A stretch of DNA of 47,355 nucleotides from Planctomycetota bacterium (lineage in GTDB: Bacteria > Planctomycetota > Planctomycetia > Pirellulales > Pirellulaceae). The stretch covers positions 1 through 47,355 of the forward strand of contig JAYZBF010000167.1 in assembly GCA_036338835.1 (NCBI GenBank), given 5' to 3'. Position 1 is the stretch's first letter; the number at the start of each line of letters is the position of its first letter. The notes under the pieces were generated by a model, which was not told the DNA's origin, made no database searches, and saw nothing but the letters and a program-made list of their open reading frames with translations. Both the position numbers and the translations under genes were made by a program. Below, piece after piece: positions 47,302-47,355 of this stretch.

Positions 47302-47355
47302 GCCGGCGGCCTTTGTGCTGTTAATTGTGCAGGGAATTTATCTCCATATTTTAAC

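Overview
Gene-dense chromosomal window with about 40 protein genes on both strands and moderate GC by eye. The gene content suggests a Planctomycetota (Pirellulales-like) genome: a DUF1501 protein, a DUF1559-like module, Tat-signal Gfo/Idh/MocA and PhoX-like proteins, an ECF sigma/anti-sigma pair and a stand-alone WD40 protein. This taxonomic call is inference only. Most of the window is housekeeping or transport: a MacAB/TolC-type tripartite efflux operon, an interrupted bioF, a peptide/nickel-type ABC importer (binding protein, two permeases, fused double ATPase), efp with epmB and epmA, thyA-folA, lysA, infA, a Cys/Met-family PLP enzyme, a two-gene pyruvate/2-oxoacid:ferredoxin oxidoreductase and an APC permease. 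I found no rRNA, tRNA, CRISPR array, transposase, integrase or prophage genes, and nothing resembling a canonical defence island. I do not see one clear novel multi-gene system. The points worth following up are mostly unusual domain architectures. (1) EpmA (EF-P lysyl transferase) carries an N-terminal FHA domain, inside a compact efp/epmB/epmA cluster. (2) The anti-sigma factor of the ECF pair has an extracytoplasmic part that looks like a DUF1559/pseudopilin-like module. (3) The HlyD-type efflux adaptor ends in four canonical EF-hand loops. (4) bioF is broken by a single in-frame TGA at a conserved Leu position. (5) Two tandem, start/stop-overlapping small XRE-like paralogues lie next to a hemerythrin-like gene. 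(6) A NifJ-type PFOR is split into two genes. (7) An orphan beta-class DNA methyltransferase is translationally coupled to a sugar-phosphate isomerase-like gene. All family assignments come from motif recognition by eye, and novelty cannot be asserted without database searches.
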